NCBI GenBank assembly: GCA_963787255.1
Contig: CAWBCJ010000029.1
Location: 384,001 to 448,000 of the forward strand
Source: Methanobacteriota archaeon
GTDB taxonomy: Archaea > Methanobacteriota > Methanobacteria > Methanobacteriales > Methanobacteriaceae
Length of the DNA stretch: 64,000 nucleotides
Direction of reading: 5' to 3'
Shown here: piece after piece, positions 10,550-22,379 of the stretch
Layout of the letters: every line of letters starts with the position of its first letter
How positions within the stretch are numbered: position 1 is the first letter of the stretch
Position numbers and translations under genes: made by a program
Notes under the pieces: generated by a model
Database searches by the model: none
What the model saw: the letters and a program-made list of their open reading frames with translations, nothing else
Told to the model about the DNA's origin: nothing

Positions 10550-12085
10550 TCATGCAAATTTCAAGAGCTTGAAAGAGCCCTGGTCAAGCACCGGTACTTC
10601 TGCACATGTGGGCATGATGTTATATATCTTCTGAAACTCTGTTTGAGACTGGAAAGTGCCCGAATTTATCATATGAATGCCTTTATGCTTTTTGTAGGCG
10701 TTAATATGCACATGTCCTGTATGAAAAACGTCAGGAATTTCCTCTATTACCATGTGGTCTTCGTATTCTGATGCAAGTGGAGTTCTTTCCCCATAAATTG
10801 GCGCTAAATGCCGTTTTTCCATCAGTTCTTTCATTATCAGGTCTGATTGCTGGTGAGAAAATCCTTTAATGGACATTGCCATGTCATCAAAACTTCTTCC
10901 ATGATATATGAGGGTTTTAATCCCATCTAAACTTACTATTCCTGGATTACTCACGAATTCGGCATTTTTAAGCTTGTAGAGAGATTCTGCATATGACTGT
11001 GAGATTGCAGGTTGTGGTTCAGCCAGTCTAGCGGCGTCGTGGTTTCCAGGAGCTATTATTATTTTAATATCAGTCCTGATTTGGCCTAAAAGCCTAGCTG
11101 CTTCCTCATACTGTCCGTAAATATCTTTTATAGTGAGTTCTTTTTCTTGATGAGGATAAATACCAATTCCATCAACAAGATCTCCGGCTATAATCAGATA
11201 TTTAACGTTATTAGCAATTTCTTGCTGATTGTAATCTCCAAAATCGCCGTTTATCCAATTTATGAACCTATTAAATGCATCGCCCAGAAATGTTGAACTT
11301 CCAATATGAACATCTGAAATAAAGACGGCTGAGAAATCCATTGGCTTTTCGTCAATCCTGGGAACGCCGGGATGCACTATATCTGATGCTATCACAAGTG
11401 ATCCTTTTTTACTTCCTATGATCCCAATGATTTCATCTTTAACTACTTTTTCTGCCCTTTCAAATAGTTGATGGTTCTCATTATGTACTAAAACATTGAT
11501 ACTCCCTGTTTCGTCTTCTAATTCAATGATTTTATGATTATTTTTGGTGTTGTTAACGTCATTTACCATTCCAATTATTTTAATAACATCTTCACTCTTT
11601 CTTATCTTATTTATGGGCCGGTGATCCTTTAAATCTCCTCGTTTATCTAAAATATCCTTTAGCTTATGATATCTACTGTTAAAATAGGTTAAAAAATCTT
11701 TAATTTCTCCATTGGTATAGGATTTTTTACTGGTATCCTGAATAACATGGAAATCAAAGGGCCTTCCGGTATGAAATTTACTCTGGGGAGGATTAGGATT
11801 GATCTCCTCTTCATCAAAAGAGTCCATTAATTCATTTCCATTGCTAATAACAGGTGAATCATCACTTTTGAGATATTTATCAAGAAATTCTTCAGTTATA
11901 ATAAAAATATCTTCTCTAGAATATAGTAATTCATCAATTAATGAATCAGCAAATTCAAGAGAGTTCTCATGTTTTTGTATGCGCTCGTACGCTTTATCGT
12001 TTATAAGAATATTGGCATTGGTGAATTTTAAAAGGATATCGTTGCTCATAACTACCCCATGCAAAGCTTTTATTTTATCGCTCAT
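10550..12085 (-). CDS. polB: DNA polymerase D small (proofreading) subunit DP1; true start may be ATG at 12049
   Basis: OB fold plus calcineurin-like motifs SDVHIGS, GDLVDG, PGNHD, YHG, HLAP, GHVH, NSGTFQ. Confidence 0.95.
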   Translation of the reverse strand: MSDKIKALHGVVMSNDILLKFTNANILINDKAYERIQKHENSLEFADSLIDELLYSREDIFIITEEFLDKYLKSDDSPVISNGNELMDSFDEEEINPNPPQSKFHTGRPFDFHVIQDTSKKSYTNGEIKDFLTYFNSRYHKLKDILDKRGDLKDHRPINKIRKSEDVIKIIGMVNDVNNTKNNHKIIELEDETGSINVLVHNENHQLFERAEKVVKDEIIGIIGSKKGSLVIASDIVHPGVPRIDEKPMDFSAVFISDVHIGSSTFLGDAFNRFINWINGDFGDYNQQEIANNVKYLIIAGDLVDGIGIYPHQEKELTIKDIYGQYEEAARLLGQIRTDIKIIIAPGNHDAARLAEPQPAISQSYAESLYKLKNAEFVSNPGIVSLDGIKTLIYHGRSFDDMAMSIKGFSHQQSDLIMKELMEKRHLAPIYGERTPLASEYEDHMVIEEIPDVFHTGHVHINAYKKHKGIHMINSGTFQSQTEFQKIYNIMPTCAEVPVLDQGSFKLLKFA

Positions 12086-12451
12086 GAATTTAATGCAAAT
12101 TTTCCACTTAATTATTTTTTAAAGGCATAAATTAATTGTTATGTTAATTATCAAACGTTTTATACTTTTTATTTTAAGTAGTATGAATAATTGGCTTTTT
12201 ACATATTAAAGTGCATATCATTAGAATTATATTAAAATAACGTTCGTCATTACAATCATTGATATTTAATGCGATATAACCATTGCGCTTGATCTGAATA
12301 TGAACGTTTTTATGAACGTTTTAAGTATATATTTATACATCATATTATAATTATTAAACTGATTTTTTACCACAAAAAATTATAGTTACTAATAAAGAAT
12401 ATCAAATTATAAAAAAAGTAAGGATTAAAATTTATTTAGAAGGGTGATAAT

Positions 12452-12973
12452 TTGCCGAGAATCATTAAATTTATACTTTTCCTAATACTCTTTGGAATCG
12501 TTTTTGAATTAGGGCTGCTGAGCTCTTACACAATAGTAACATCTCAATCTCCCGACGTTGGAAAGCTCGTAGACATGCAAGTAAGTAAATTAACTTCAAT
12601 TTGGGAGAGTTTAACTGCTGGTTCAGATAAAAATACAACTAAAGGTTACAATGTTACAAATCCAGATACAGTTGCACAGACCCTTAAGCTTAAAACAGGA
12701 CTTAATGGGATTAATGTTGATACACTTTCTGCCGTAACTGAAGGTTCCGTTAGTGATACTATGAACATTACTCTTTCAGCAACGGGATACAAAGAAAATC
12801 AAACCGGTGGAGTAACTTCAAATAACGGTTCTTCAACCGGGCAGATAGTAATAAGACAAAGTGAAATTTACTCTTTAACTGCTTCAGCAATAGGAAAGAA
12901 AAAATCAAGAGGAATAGAGGTGGATGTTAACACAATCCAAATAACATCTTTAAAGAAATTATATAGTCAATAA
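12452..12973 (+). CDS. hypothetical membrane-anchored/secreted protein
   Basis: N-terminal hydrophobic helix followed by a Ser/Thr/Asn-rich domain; GGGTGA RBS. Confidence 0.7.
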   Translation: MPRIIKFILFLILFGIVFELGLLSSYTIVTSQSPDVGKLVDMQVSKLTSIWESLTAGSDKNTTKGYNVTNPDTVAQTLKLKTGLNGINVDTLSAVTEGSVSDTMNITLSATGYKENQTGGVTSNNGSSTGQIVIRQSEIYSLTASAIGKKKSRGIEVDVNTIQITSLKKLYSQ

Positions 12974-13055
12974 TCCACCTTTTAATTTTTTAGAAAACTA
13001 ATTTTTTAAAAATTCAATTAATATATCAATTTTTTTAAATAAGCATGGTGATTGA

Positions 13056-14120
13056 ATGATCAGTGTTGTAGGTATCGGACCTTCCCGTGAAGACATGACA
13101 ATAAGAGCTTTAAATGCAATTGAGAATGGTGATGTAATTATTGGATACAAAGCATACATAAAGCAAATAGAAGATCTGATTGAAGGAAAAGAAATCTTTA
13201 AAAAGGGAATGGGCGACGAAATTGAGCGTGCTGAAATAGCTGTACAAAAATCAAGGGAAGGCAAAAATGTCATTATAATAAGTTCAGGAGATCCTGGTGT
13301 TTTTGGAATGGCCAATGTTTTTTTCCAAGTAATTGGTAAATACAGCGACATTGAAGTGGAAGTTATCCCCGGAGTAACAGCAGCCTCTTTTGCTGCATCT
13401 AAACTCGGTGCACCGCTCCATGATTTTGCAGTTATCAGTTTAAGTGATATTTTAACTCCCATATCTGAAATAAAACGCAAAGTTGAGTTTGCAGCAAAAG
13501 GAGATTTTGTAATTGCTATTTATAATCCTTTAAGCAAGACAAGAAAGAAGCCTTTTGAAGAAGCCTACAAAATTCTTCTTGAAAACAAAAAAGGTTCAAC
13601 CCCAGTGGGTATTGTAAGAAGTGGAGATGAAGATGTTGATGTCACAATTACAACCCTTCAAAAATTAAAAGATCAAAAAATTAACATGTCTACAACTATA
13701 ATTGTTGGAAATTCAATGACTTACATCCAGGAGGGGTATTTGGTTACTCCCAGAGGATATGTTGTTAGATCACAGATACATCCACTTTCAAGGGAGTTTT
13801 ATGAGCACTTTTTAGAAAGCGATGTAATTGAAGGCCCTAATTTTGAATGTGATTACTATCCATGCCACGGGGAAGGAGAAAACTGTACTTTCTGTTACTG
13901 TCCATTTTATCCATGTGGAGACAGCTCTACTGGAGGTAAATGGATAAAGGAAAAGGGAGTTTGGAGTTGTGAAGCTTGCAACTGGATTCATGAGGATAAA
14001 ACTGTTGACTGTATAATGAAGAAATTCCCCGAAATTGTTAAAGAAGTTGATGACCTTAAGAAAAGGAAGAAAGAACTTTTAAAATTGCGAAGAGAATGTA
14101 TACAAGCTGCAGAGTTATGA
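13056..14120 (+). CDS. cbiH: cobalt-precorrin-3B C17-methyltransferase fused to a C-terminal Cys-rich small domain
   Basis: [29 protein letters not shown], followed by [29 protein letters not shown]. Confidence 0.92.
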   Translation: MISVVGIGPSREDMTIRALNAIENGDVIIGYKAYIKQIEDLIEGKEIFKKGMGDEIERAEIAVQKSREGKNVIIISSGDPGVFGMANVFFQVIGKYSDIEVEVIPGVTAASFAASKLGAPLHDFAVISLSDILTPISEIKRKVEFAAKGDFVIAIYNPLSKTRKKPFEEAYKILLENKKGSTPVGIVRSGDEDVDVTITTLQKLKDQKINMSTTIIVGNSMTYIQEGYLVTPRGYVVRSQIHPLSREFYEHFLESDVIEGPNFECDYYPCHGEGENCTFCYCPFYPCGDSSTGGKWIKEKGVWSCEACNWIHEDKTVDCIMKKFPEIVKEVDDLKKRKKELLKLRRECIQAAEL

Positions 14121-14430
14121 TTGCGCATATTATTCAATATTAGGCATTTAAAAGAATTTAAGAGTTAAAAAATAAATGGGAATATTCATTTTCTTAACTA
14201 TTATGGGGATGTATTCGCACTGCAGAATAACATGTTTTTAATTTTTAAACTTTTTTTCATACTTTTTAATACTTTCTAATTAATCCTTACCAAAAGTATA
14301 ATATTACTTTTTATCATATAATTAACACAAGGTAAAATGACAAAACCAAAGAAGGTGTACGAATCTCCAAAAAAATGATTTTGATTCATAAATTCTGTCA
14401 TTATAACCGATTTTATATTATAAAATAAAT

Positions 14431-15078
14431 TTGGTGATATTAATGGGAAAAATGCTGATAACAAATTTAAAAAGCAAAGACAATCTACAAAAAGCCGTAT
14501 TCAAAGCAAATCCAGATGAAATTATAGTTGTATCAAATAGAAAGGCCAAATACAGCGATTTTGAAGTAAAAACAAAATACCTAAAGGTTAAAAATCGATT
14601 TGAAGATATTGTACACAAAATAAATGGAATTTTAAGCTCAGATGAGGATATCATAATCATCGTTAAACCGGACAGCATTGGTACCTATATTCTATGGCTT
14701 GCAGAACAGTATTCTTTAAATCCCGCATTTATTATAAGCCATGGAGAAATACAACAAATTCCATTAATTTCAAAAGGTAAAATAGCCGATATAGAAGGAG
14801 AAATTTTGAAACTAGCTGATTGTCATGGCTTTATAGACCCTAAATCTATTAATAAGGAGTTTGGAATTCCAGAAAATGAAGCAAAAGAATATTTAAAAAA
14901 ATTTTCAAAAATGGGAATTTTAAAGTACTTCAAAACCATAGAATTTGAAATTGGAGATCTAAAAAAGCATCCCTACTACGATACAGATCTTTTAGAAAAG
15001 AAAAAAGATGTTGAAGACCTATACATTGTTACAAAACTTGGACAGACGGTTTTATACGTAATTTTAACAAATGAATAG
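14431..15078 (+). CDS. putative CARF-like (Csa3-type) + winged-helix transcriptional regulator
   Basis: Rossmann-like N-terminal pattern (MLITNL, PDEIIVV, FEDIVHKI, FIISHGEIQQIP), then wHTH (EILKL..SINKEFGIPENEAKEYLKKFSKMGIL..YIVTKLG). Confidence 0.5.
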   Translation: MVILMGKMLITNLKSKDNLQKAVFKANPDEIIVVSNRKAKYSDFEVKTKYLKVKNRFEDIVHKINGILSSDEDIIIIVKPDSIGTYILWLAEQYSLNPAFIISHGEIQQIPLISKGKIADIEGEILKLADCHGFIDPKSINKEFGIPENEAKEYLKKFSKMGILKYFKTIEFEIGDLKKHPYYDTDLLEKKKDVEDLYIVTKLGQTVLYVILTNE

Positions 15079-15178
15079 CTAAAACCAATTAAAAAACCAG
15101 TAAGATTAAGTTAATTATTTCAACTTTAGTGAATATACATATCTTCAAAAGCTTAATATTAATCTCAATTTTTTTTAA

Positions 15179-16048
15179 TTAAATTTCTAACTGAATAAAG
15201 CCGTCAAATACAAATACAGCATCACCCTCCATGAATCCTCCAAGTTCACCGTTATTTTCATAAACATCAATTTGAAGATCTCCACCTGGAAGATGGACTA
15301 AAACACTTTCATAAACCATTCCAAGCTTAAATCCAGCAATAACACAAGAAGTAGCTCCAGTACCACATGCAAAGGTAACTCCAGCACCACGCTCCCATGT
15401 AATCATATCTATTTCATTTTTATTAATTATTTTAACAAAATGAACATTTGTTTTTTGGGGAAATAATTCATGAGTTTCAATTACAGGCCCAATTTCACTT
15501 AAAGATACCTCATTAAGGTCATCGGTGAATATCACTGCATGAGGATTACCAACACTGACTGCAGTCACTTTGTAGATTTTTCCTTTAAAGTCAATTTCTT
15601 CATCGATAACTTCATCCTTTTTACTTACAATCGGAATTTCAGACGATTTAAATGTAGCAGTACCCATATCAACCCTAGATGATGAAACTTCATCATTTTT
15701 AATTGTTAAAGTGACTTTTTTAGTCCCTCCAAGAGTTTCAACGTTTAAAACATCCTTAATTACTATCCCTTTATCATAAACATACTTTGAAAAGCATCTT
15801 ATACCATTTCCACACATCTCAGCTTCAGAACCATCAGAATTAAAGATTCTAAATCTTATATCTTCAGTTGTAGATGGACAAACAAATATCACACCATCTG
15901 CCCCTATGGAAAAACCTCGTCTGCAAAGCTCGAAAGAAATTTCATTCTTATTTTTCTCGGGAATTACCTCTCCTTCAGTCTCATCAATTACAACATAATC
16001 GTTTCCGAGTCCGTGCATCTTTGAAAATTGAATTTCCTTTAAATTCAT
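15179..16048 (-). CDS. dapF: diaminopimelate epimerase
   Basis: [32 protein letters not shown]. Confidence 0.97.
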   Translation of the reverse strand: MNLKEIQFSKMHGLGNDYVVIDETEGEVIPEKNKNEISFELCRRGFSIGADGVIFVCPSTTEDIRFRIFNSDGSEAEMCGNGIRCFSKYVYDKGIVIKDVLNVETLGGTKKVTLTIKNDEVSSSRVDMGTATFKSSEIPIVSKKDEVIDEEIDFKGKIYKVTAVSVGNPHAVIFTDDLNEVSLSEIGPVIETHELFPQKTNVHFVKIINKNEIDMITWERGAGVTFACGTGATSCVIAGFKLGMVYESVLVHLPGGDLQIDVYENNGELGGFMEGDAVFVFDGFIQLEI

Positions 16049-16076
16049 AGTTTAATCCTCATCAAATGTAATATAT

Positions 16077-17366
16077 TTATCTTAAAAGTCTTATAGGTAC
16101 ATTTTGTTTTGAAAGAACATCAGCAAAAGTTTCTCTCTCCCTTACAACTTCACTTTCGCCATCATTTACAAGAACTTCCATAGTTTTTGGCCTTGAATTG
16201 TACTCAGAAGACATTGAAAATGCATAAGCTCCTGCATTAAATATTGCAAGGACATCTCCTTCAACAATTTCAGGCATGGGCCTGTCTCTTGCAAATAGAT
16301 CTCCAGACTCACACACATTTCCAGCAACATCTATTGTCCCTGTAGTTTCAGCATCTGGTTTATCTGCTATCACAATGTGATGGTATGAACCGTACATCGA
16401 AGGCCTTAAAAGAGTGTTAAAACCTGCATCCACTCCCGCAAACTTCCTGTAACTCTGTTTTATTGTGTTTACTTTCGTAAGAAGCAAAGATGCATCCCCT
16501 ACAAGATATCTTCCAGGTTCTATGCACATTGTTGGTTTTCCAAGGTTATACTCATTTAATTTATTCTTATAGAGATCCGTTATTTCTTTAGCGAAGTTTT
16601 GTATGTCCAATTTCTTTTCATCAGGGTGATATGGTATTCCGAGACCACCTCCAAAGTCGATGAATTCAAATTTAACTCCCGCCTGCTCGTTCACCCTTCC
16701 TGCAACGTCCATGAGGGTTTCAACTGCAAGCATGAAAGGTTCAGGATCGAGAATTCCAGAACCTATGTGAGTGTGAATTCCAACAGGTATAAATCCAAGT
16801 TCATGAGCCCTGCTGTAAACGTCAACAGCTTCTTCTTCCATCACACCAAACTTGGATAGGGTTCCACCAGTTATACAGTGTTCATGGTGCCCTGCACCGA
16901 CTTTAGGATTTATTCTAAATGATATTTTCACTTTTTCAGGATTTACAAGCTTTGAAAGTCTTTTAAGTGCAGATATCGAATCAAGATTAATTATAACTCC
17001 TGATTCTACTGCAAATTTAAGTTCTTCGTCAGTAACATTATTTCCGGTATAAATAATTCTTTCAGGTTCAAATCCTGCAAGAAGCGAGGTATAAATCTCA
17101 CCGGGGGAGACAGCATCAATGCCACTTCCCTCTTGTTCAAGTATTCTCATTACTGCAAGGTTTGTATTGGCTTTACATGCGTAAAATATTTTAAAATCTT
17201 CATATTGACTTGAAAACGCGTTATTAACTCTTCTAAAGTTGTCTCTTATTTTCATCTCATCTATTACGTAAAGAGGAGTGTTATATTTCTCTGTAAGTTC
17301 TAATGCATCTGCTCCACCGATGTTCAAATTTCCTTTTTCATTTATTTCAATATCAAAATCCATCAA
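16077..17366 (-). CDS. lysA: diaminopimelate decarboxylase
   Basis: YACKAN (PLP Lys), HTHIGS, GGGLG, EPGR, CESGD, YNSRP. Confidence 0.97.
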   Translation of the reverse strand: MMDFDIEINEKGNLNIGGADALELTEKYNTPLYVIDEMKIRDNFRRVNNAFSSQYEDFKIFYACKANTNLAVMRILEQEGSGIDAVSPGEIYTSLLAGFEPERIIYTGNNVTDEELKFAVESGVIINLDSISALKRLSKLVNPEKVKISFRINPKVGAGHHEHCITGGTLSKFGVMEEEAVDVYSRAHELGFIPVGIHTHIGSGILDPEPFMLAVETLMDVAGRVNEQAGVKFEFIDFGGGLGIPYHPDEKKLDIQNFAKEITDLYKNKLNEYNLGKPTMCIEPGRYLVGDASLLLTKVNTIKQSYRKFAGVDAGFNTLLRPSMYGSYHHIVIADKPDAETTGTIDVAGNVCESGDLFARDRPMPEIVEGDVLAIFNAGAYAFSMSSEYNSRPKTMEVLVNDGESEVVRERETFADVLSKQNVPIRLLR

Positions 17367-17513
17367 ATTCCTCCAAAAAAGAAGTAAACATTAAATATCT
17401 TCTGTTTATCATATAAAATATTTTACTATTTTTATAAAAAAATTGAAAATTAGTTCAAAATGGAAAAATTCACCATTAAAAATAAATTAAGAAAATAAAA
17501 ATTAAAGGTCATA

Positions 17514-17675
17514 TCAAGCAAATTTCCATATAATGATCAATATAAACCCAATTATCGCCATAATTGCTGTAATTGGTGAGCTACCCAGTAAAATAGCTAA
17601 TATACCCCCGAATAGTATCAATAAGACCCCTATCCAAAGAAATAGTTTTTTTTGCTTTTCATTTAGAGAAATCAT
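17514..17675 (-). CDS. small two-TM membrane protein (53 aa, below ORF-track cutoff)
   Basis: MISLNEKQKKLFLWIGVLLILFGGILAILLGSSPITAIMAIIGFILIIIWKFA*; TATA-like sequence about 25 nt upstream. Confidence 0.6.
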   Translation of the reverse strand: MISLNEKQKKLFLWIGVLLILFGGILAILLGSSPITAIMAIIGFILIIIWKFA

Positions 17676-17747
17676 AATTGTTGTTTAATTTGTTTATATA
17701 TTAAGATTTTCTAAAAATAATGGAAAGAGAAAGAAAAGTTCTCTTTT

Positions 17748-18944
17748 TTAAGAAAACTTCTGCAAAATACTCTCTAAAACACATGTAACAGTGTCAATTT
17801 GACCTTTTTCTATTACAAGCGGTGGTAAAAACCGTAAAACAGTGTCGGCTGTGCAGTTTATAAGAACGCCCTGTTCTCGAGCTTCATTTGCAATTTCGGC
17901 GCAATCAATGCTTAATTCCATTCCGAGCATCATTCCAACGCCACGAACCTCCTCAACTATTCCATAAAGCTTTGCCTGTTCTTCAAGCTTGTATTTCAAA
18001 TATCCGCCGTTTTCTTTAGATTTTGTCAGCATGTTTTCGTCAATTATGGCGTTAATTGACGCTATTGCAGCAGCACATGCAAGTGGATTCCCACCAAATG
18101 TTGCAGCATGATTTCCTGGTTCAAATGCACTACCAACTTCTTCACTTGCAAGAACAGCCCCAATAGGGAATCCTCCACCTAATGCTTTTGCAACGGTTGT
18201 AATATCGGGAGTTACATTGAATAATTGAGATGCAAACATCTCACCAGTTCGTCCAAATCCAGTTTGAACCTCATCAAATATTAAAAGAACATCGCTCTCA
18301 TTACAAATCTTTTTTAATTCCTCTAAATAGCCTTCGGGAGGCATTATAACTCCACCTTCTCCTTGAATTGGCTCTACAAGTACTGCTGCTGTATTTCCAG
18401 TAATATTTTCAACAACAGCCTCTAGATCACCGTAAGGAACGTGCGTGAATCCTTCGGGGAGTGGCTCAAATCCTTTTTTATATTTATGCTGACCAGTTGC
18501 AGTGATCATGGCAAGGGTTCGCCCGTGGAAGGAGTTTTCCATTGCAATAATCTCTCCTTTACCTGTAAATTTCCGTGCAAGTTTCACCGCACCTTCATTT
18601 GCCTCTGCACCGCTGTTGCAGAAAAAAGATTTGTCATGAACTGAAATATCTGCCAGTAATTTTGCAAGTTCCACCTGTTGCTCTGTGTAATAAAGATTTG
18701 AACAGTGAAGCAACTTTTGGGCCTGTTTGCATATTGCATTGACAACTTTTGGGTGTGAATGTCCTACATTATTTACTGCAATCCCTGCAAAACAATCTAT
18801 GTAAGTGTTCCCTTCAACATCTTTAACTAATGCTCCTTTTCCTTCTTTTAGGGCTAAAGGCTGTCGTCCATAGGTTTGCATTACATATTTCTTATCTAAA
18901 TTTATAATTTCTTTTGTATTCATATTGATCACCTTAATAAACAC
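17748..18944 (-). CDS. argD: acetylornithine aminotransferase
   Basis: [46 protein letters not shown]. Confidence 0.95.
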   Translation of the reverse strand: MFIKVINMNTKEIINLDKKYVMQTYGRQPLALKEGKGALVKDVEGNTYIDCFAGIAVNNVGHSHPKVVNAICKQAQKLLHCSNLYYTEQQVELAKLLADISVHDKSFFCNSGAEANEGAVKLARKFTGKGEIIAMENSFHGRTLAMITATGQHKYKKGFEPLPEGFTHVPYGDLEAVVENITGNTAAVLVEPIQGEGGVIMPPEGYLEELKKICNESDVLLIFDEVQTGFGRTGEMFASQLFNVTPDITTVAKALGGGFPIGAVLASEEVGSAFEPGNHAATFGGNPLACAAAIASINAIIDENMLTKSKENGGYLKYKLEEQAKLYGIVEEVRGVGMMLGMELSIDCAEIANEAREQGVLINCTADTVLRFLPPLVIEKGQIDTVTCVLESILQKFS

Positions 18945-19139
18945 TAAAAAATGAATTTAATTCACATTTAGAATATTTTATTTAAAAATTACTGATTAAT
19001 AATTTTGTTTTTTCACTATTAAAAACATACTCTTAACTGGAAATTTAAATAGTTTAAAAGATTAAATGTAGTAGAAAGTATATAATAATAATGAAATATT
19101 CATCTAAAATACTTATTTTAAACTTTTAATGGTGATAAT

Positions 19140-19565
19140 ATGAAAAAAGCAATAATTGAAACTGACAAAGGAAACATAGAATTAGTATTATTTGATAAAG
19201 AAGCTCCAAATACAGTAGCTAACTTTGAAAAACTTGCAAAAGAAGGTTTTTACAATGGGCTGACCTTTCACAGAGTTCTCCCTAACTTCGTGATTCAGGG
19301 AGGATGTCCTAAGGGCAATGGAACAGGGGGACCTGGCTACACCATAAAATGTGAAATAAACCCTCACAAACATGGAGCAGGGGCTCTTTCAATGGCACAT
19401 GCAGGTAAAGATACCGGTGGAAGCCAGTTTTTCATCACCCATTCGCCACAGCCTCATCTCGACGGAGTACACACAGTCTTTGGTAAGGTTGTTAAGGGGA
19501 TGGACGTTGTAAATAAAATTCAACCAAATGATGTAATGAATAAGGTCTCTGTTTTTGATGAATAA
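19140..19565 (+). CDS. ppiB: cyclophilin-type peptidyl-prolyl cis-trans isomerase
   Basis: [36 protein letters not shown]. Confidence 0.93.
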   Translation: MKKAIIETDKGNIELVLFDKEAPNTVANFEKLAKEGFYNGLTFHRVLPNFVIQGGCPKGNGTGGPGYTIKCEINPHKHGAGALSMAHAGKDTGGSQFFITHSPQPHLDGVHTVFGKVVKGMDVVNKIQPNDVMNKVSVFDE

Positions 19566-19760
19566 TTTCATCAAACATTTTTTTTTATTTACTTTTTTAC
19601 TTAATCTAATTTAAATTCCTTAAAATTTTAATTAAAATAAATTAATTTTGCTTTATTTATAATTCAATGTTTATTTTAATATTATTAATTATTACAAAAT
19701 ATTTATTAAGAATTAAATTCAAAAATAATTGACAATATTCAATCCCAAGGTGAAATATTT

Positions 19761-21401
19761 TTGAATTTGGAGAGAAAGTGGGGAATACTTCTTGCACTTG
19801 CCCTTGGAACTATAATGGTGCCTATAAATGCCAGTATAGTTAATGTTTCCCTACCAACAATTACAATTTTCTTTTCTACAAGTATTGCAGTCTCAGAATG
19901 GGTAATAACTGCTTATCTAATTAATTTATTGGGCTTTGTTTTATTATTCGGCAGATTAGGTGACTTTTACGGCCATGAAAGAATTTACATGATGGGGCTT
20001 TTAAGCTTTGTAGCCACGTCATTATTATGCAGTATTTCCACATCAATAGAGCTTTTAATACTTTTTAGGGCATTGCAGGGAATAGCAGCTGCTTTAATGA
20101 TATCTGTTTCCATGGGCATAGTTAAAGATGCATTTCCACTTAGACAAACAGGAAAAGCACTAGGAATATACGCAGTTTCGATAGCAGCAGGATTAGCAAT
20201 AGGTCCTATGATGGGGGGAATATTGCAGAGTTTATTCAGCTGGCAAACCATCTTTTTAGTTAACGTGCCAATTGGAATTATCAGCTTTCTGCTTTGTTAT
20301 AAAATACTAGAAAGTGGAGAGCCTAAAAAAGTTAAATTGGATGTTCTGGGGGCTGTATTGCAGTACATATGCATTTTTTCTGCAGTATACTTATTAATCA
20401 GCATCCAAAATTTAAAAATAGATATTATAACATTAATAGCAGCATTTATAGCTGTATCAACACTGATTTTATTTATATGGAACGAAAAAAATGCTGAGAA
20501 TCCTCTTTTAGATATTCAAATGTTTAAAAACAGATCTTTTTCTGCATTCAATCTTAGTCTGTTTTTTAATTACATCAGCATGTATATGATTCTTTTTATA
20601 ATGCCTTTTTACCTTCAGAAAGTGTTGAAATTTGATCCAGCATTAACTGGAGCAGTTTTGACAATAAATCCAGTAACTATGATGCTATTAGCTCCTTTAA
20701 GTGGAACTCTTTCTGACAGGTTTGGATCCCGACTGCTGGCAATTATAGGGGCTTTAATAAGCGCAATAGCTTTTTATTCCATGACATATCTTACTATATT
20801 TTCCAGTACATTTGACGTGCTTTGGAGGCTTGCTTTACTAGGTGTAGGCGCAGCATTATTTCAAGCACCTAATAACAGGGCAATCATGCATATTATACCT
20901 GATAAAAAGAAAGGCATTGCATCAAGCATTATTGTGACTATGCGAAATCTGGGAATGGTTTTTGGAGTGTGCATTGCAGGTATACTACTATATTCTACTT
21001 TAAATCCTGCTCTTTTAGAGCAAGATATACTTTATAATCTGGCTGCTTATAATTTTACTTCTGGAATGCATCTAGTTGTTCTTTTAGGCGCTGTTTTAAG
21101 TATTCTCATTTTTATACTGTCTCCAGTGGGTATTTACAGAAAAAAAATAGCTGAAACCAGGGAAATAATCCAAGAATCAGAAATAGTTCCCACACCCAAA
21201 TACATAATTAAAGAATCAAAGGTAATAATTGATGGATCAGAGCTATTAAAATACTCAAAAGAACTAATTAAGGGATCTGAGATCGTAAAGTATTCAAAAG
21301 AAATAATTAATGCATCAGAATCTCTTCATAAACATAAGGAGGTCCTTAAAGAACATTACGAAGAAATTGGTTTATTGAATTCTGAAAAGTGCAATAAATA
21401 A
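19761..21401 (+). CDS. 14-TM MFS transporter (EmrB/QacA-like) with a repetitive C-terminal tail
   Basis: GRLGDFYG, FRALQG, WQTIFLVNVPIG, GTLSDRFG. Confidence 0.9.
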   Translation: MNLERKWGILLALALGTIMVPINASIVNVSLPTITIFFSTSIAVSEWVITAYLINLLGFVLLFGRLGDFYGHERIYMMGLLSFVATSLLCSISTSIELLILFRALQGIAAALMISVSMGIVKDAFPLRQTGKALGIYAVSIAAGLAIGPMMGGILQSLFSWQTIFLVNVPIGIISFLLCYKILESGEPKKVKLDVLGAVLQYICIFSAVYLLISIQNLKIDIITLIAAFIAVSTLILFIWNEKNAENPLLDIQMFKNRSFSAFNLSLFFNYISMYMILFIMPFYLQKVLKFDPALTGAVLTINPVTMMLLAPLSGTLSDRFGSRLLAIIGALISAIAFYSMTYLTIFSSTFDVLWRLALLGVGAALFQAPNNRAIMHIIPDKKKGIASSIIVTMRNLGMVFGVCIAGILLYSTLNPALLEQDILYNLAAYNFTSGMHLVVLLGAVLSILIFILSPVGIYRKKIAETREIIQESEIVPTPKYIIKESKVIIDGSELLKYSKELIKGSEIVKYSKEIINASESLHKHKEVLKEHYEEIGLLNSEKCNK

Positions 21402-21423
21402 TGATTTAATTAAGCTATTTTGC

Positions 21424-22011
21424 TTAAAGATGTTTATCAAGTACAATTGCATAAAAATCAGCTATTATTTCAGCTATTTTTAGATGAGTATCATTATAAT
21501 CTTCTTTTGGGCTTGCAAGAACTATTTGACCCAGTATTTTTCCCCTATATTTAACCGGGACTGAAAGAAACTGATTTACAGGCACATGGCCTGGTGGAAG
21601 TCCGTGAGCTGCGGTATGGGAAGATATATCATGCATATAAAATGATTCGCCGGTGTCTAGGGAATATCCAAGGAGGCCGCCATAGGTTCCATCATTTAAA
21701 ACCTTAAAACGGGCTTCTCCCATTTTTTCGTACATTTCACATTCTCCAGTCATGTGGCTGAATGATATTCCGACACTGTCTTTATTTTCAGGGTCAATAT
21801 AAGCTATATAACAGAATTCACTATCTGTTAGTTTCATCGCTTCTTCATGTACAAGATCTGATATTTTTTTAAGGGAATAATTATCTAAAATGTTTATAAT
21901 TTGATTAATAAGCTCATTTTTCTCTTCATATGTTGAATTAGATTTAATGAATTTTTCCATGAGGGTTTTAACTTCAATGGTTTTAGATAAGTTATTAGAA
22001 CATGTTTCCAT
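21424..22011 (-). CDS. stand-alone GAF domain protein
   Basis: [38 protein letters not shown]. Confidence 0.8.
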   Translation of the reverse strand: METCSNNLSKTIEVKTLMEKFIKSNSTYEEKNELINQIINILDNYSLKKISDLVHEEAMKLTDSEFCYIAYIDPENKDSVGISFSHMTGECEMYEKMGEARFKVLNDGTYGGLLGYSLDTGESFYMHDISSHTAAHGLPPGHVPVNQFLSVPVKYRGKILGQIVLASPKEDYNDTHLKIAEIIADFYAIVLDKHL

Positions 22012-22379
22012 TATTATTCCTCTTAATTTTTTGTTAAAAACCTATTGAAATATTTCTATGTTCATTATTAATATTTTACTTACCAGTAAGTGTAATTTGT
22101 TAATGACAAATAATAACGAGTCCGTTAAATATTAGAATTCATGAGTTTAGGCCTTCATAACTAAAATAAAATACTATTATAAGTCCGGATTAGTGTAATA
22201 AACTATAAAAGGGTAAAATTAGAATAAATGCCATTAATCGCAGTTGTTTAACGTTTGTTTTTATAGTACTATTGGCAACTATTTCGACATTTATAGTCCA
22301 GGGATAGAGTAGTTTAGCATATATGATTATAATTCCTATGGAAAAATTCATTGTAAGATTATAAAATCATTATTTTCAT

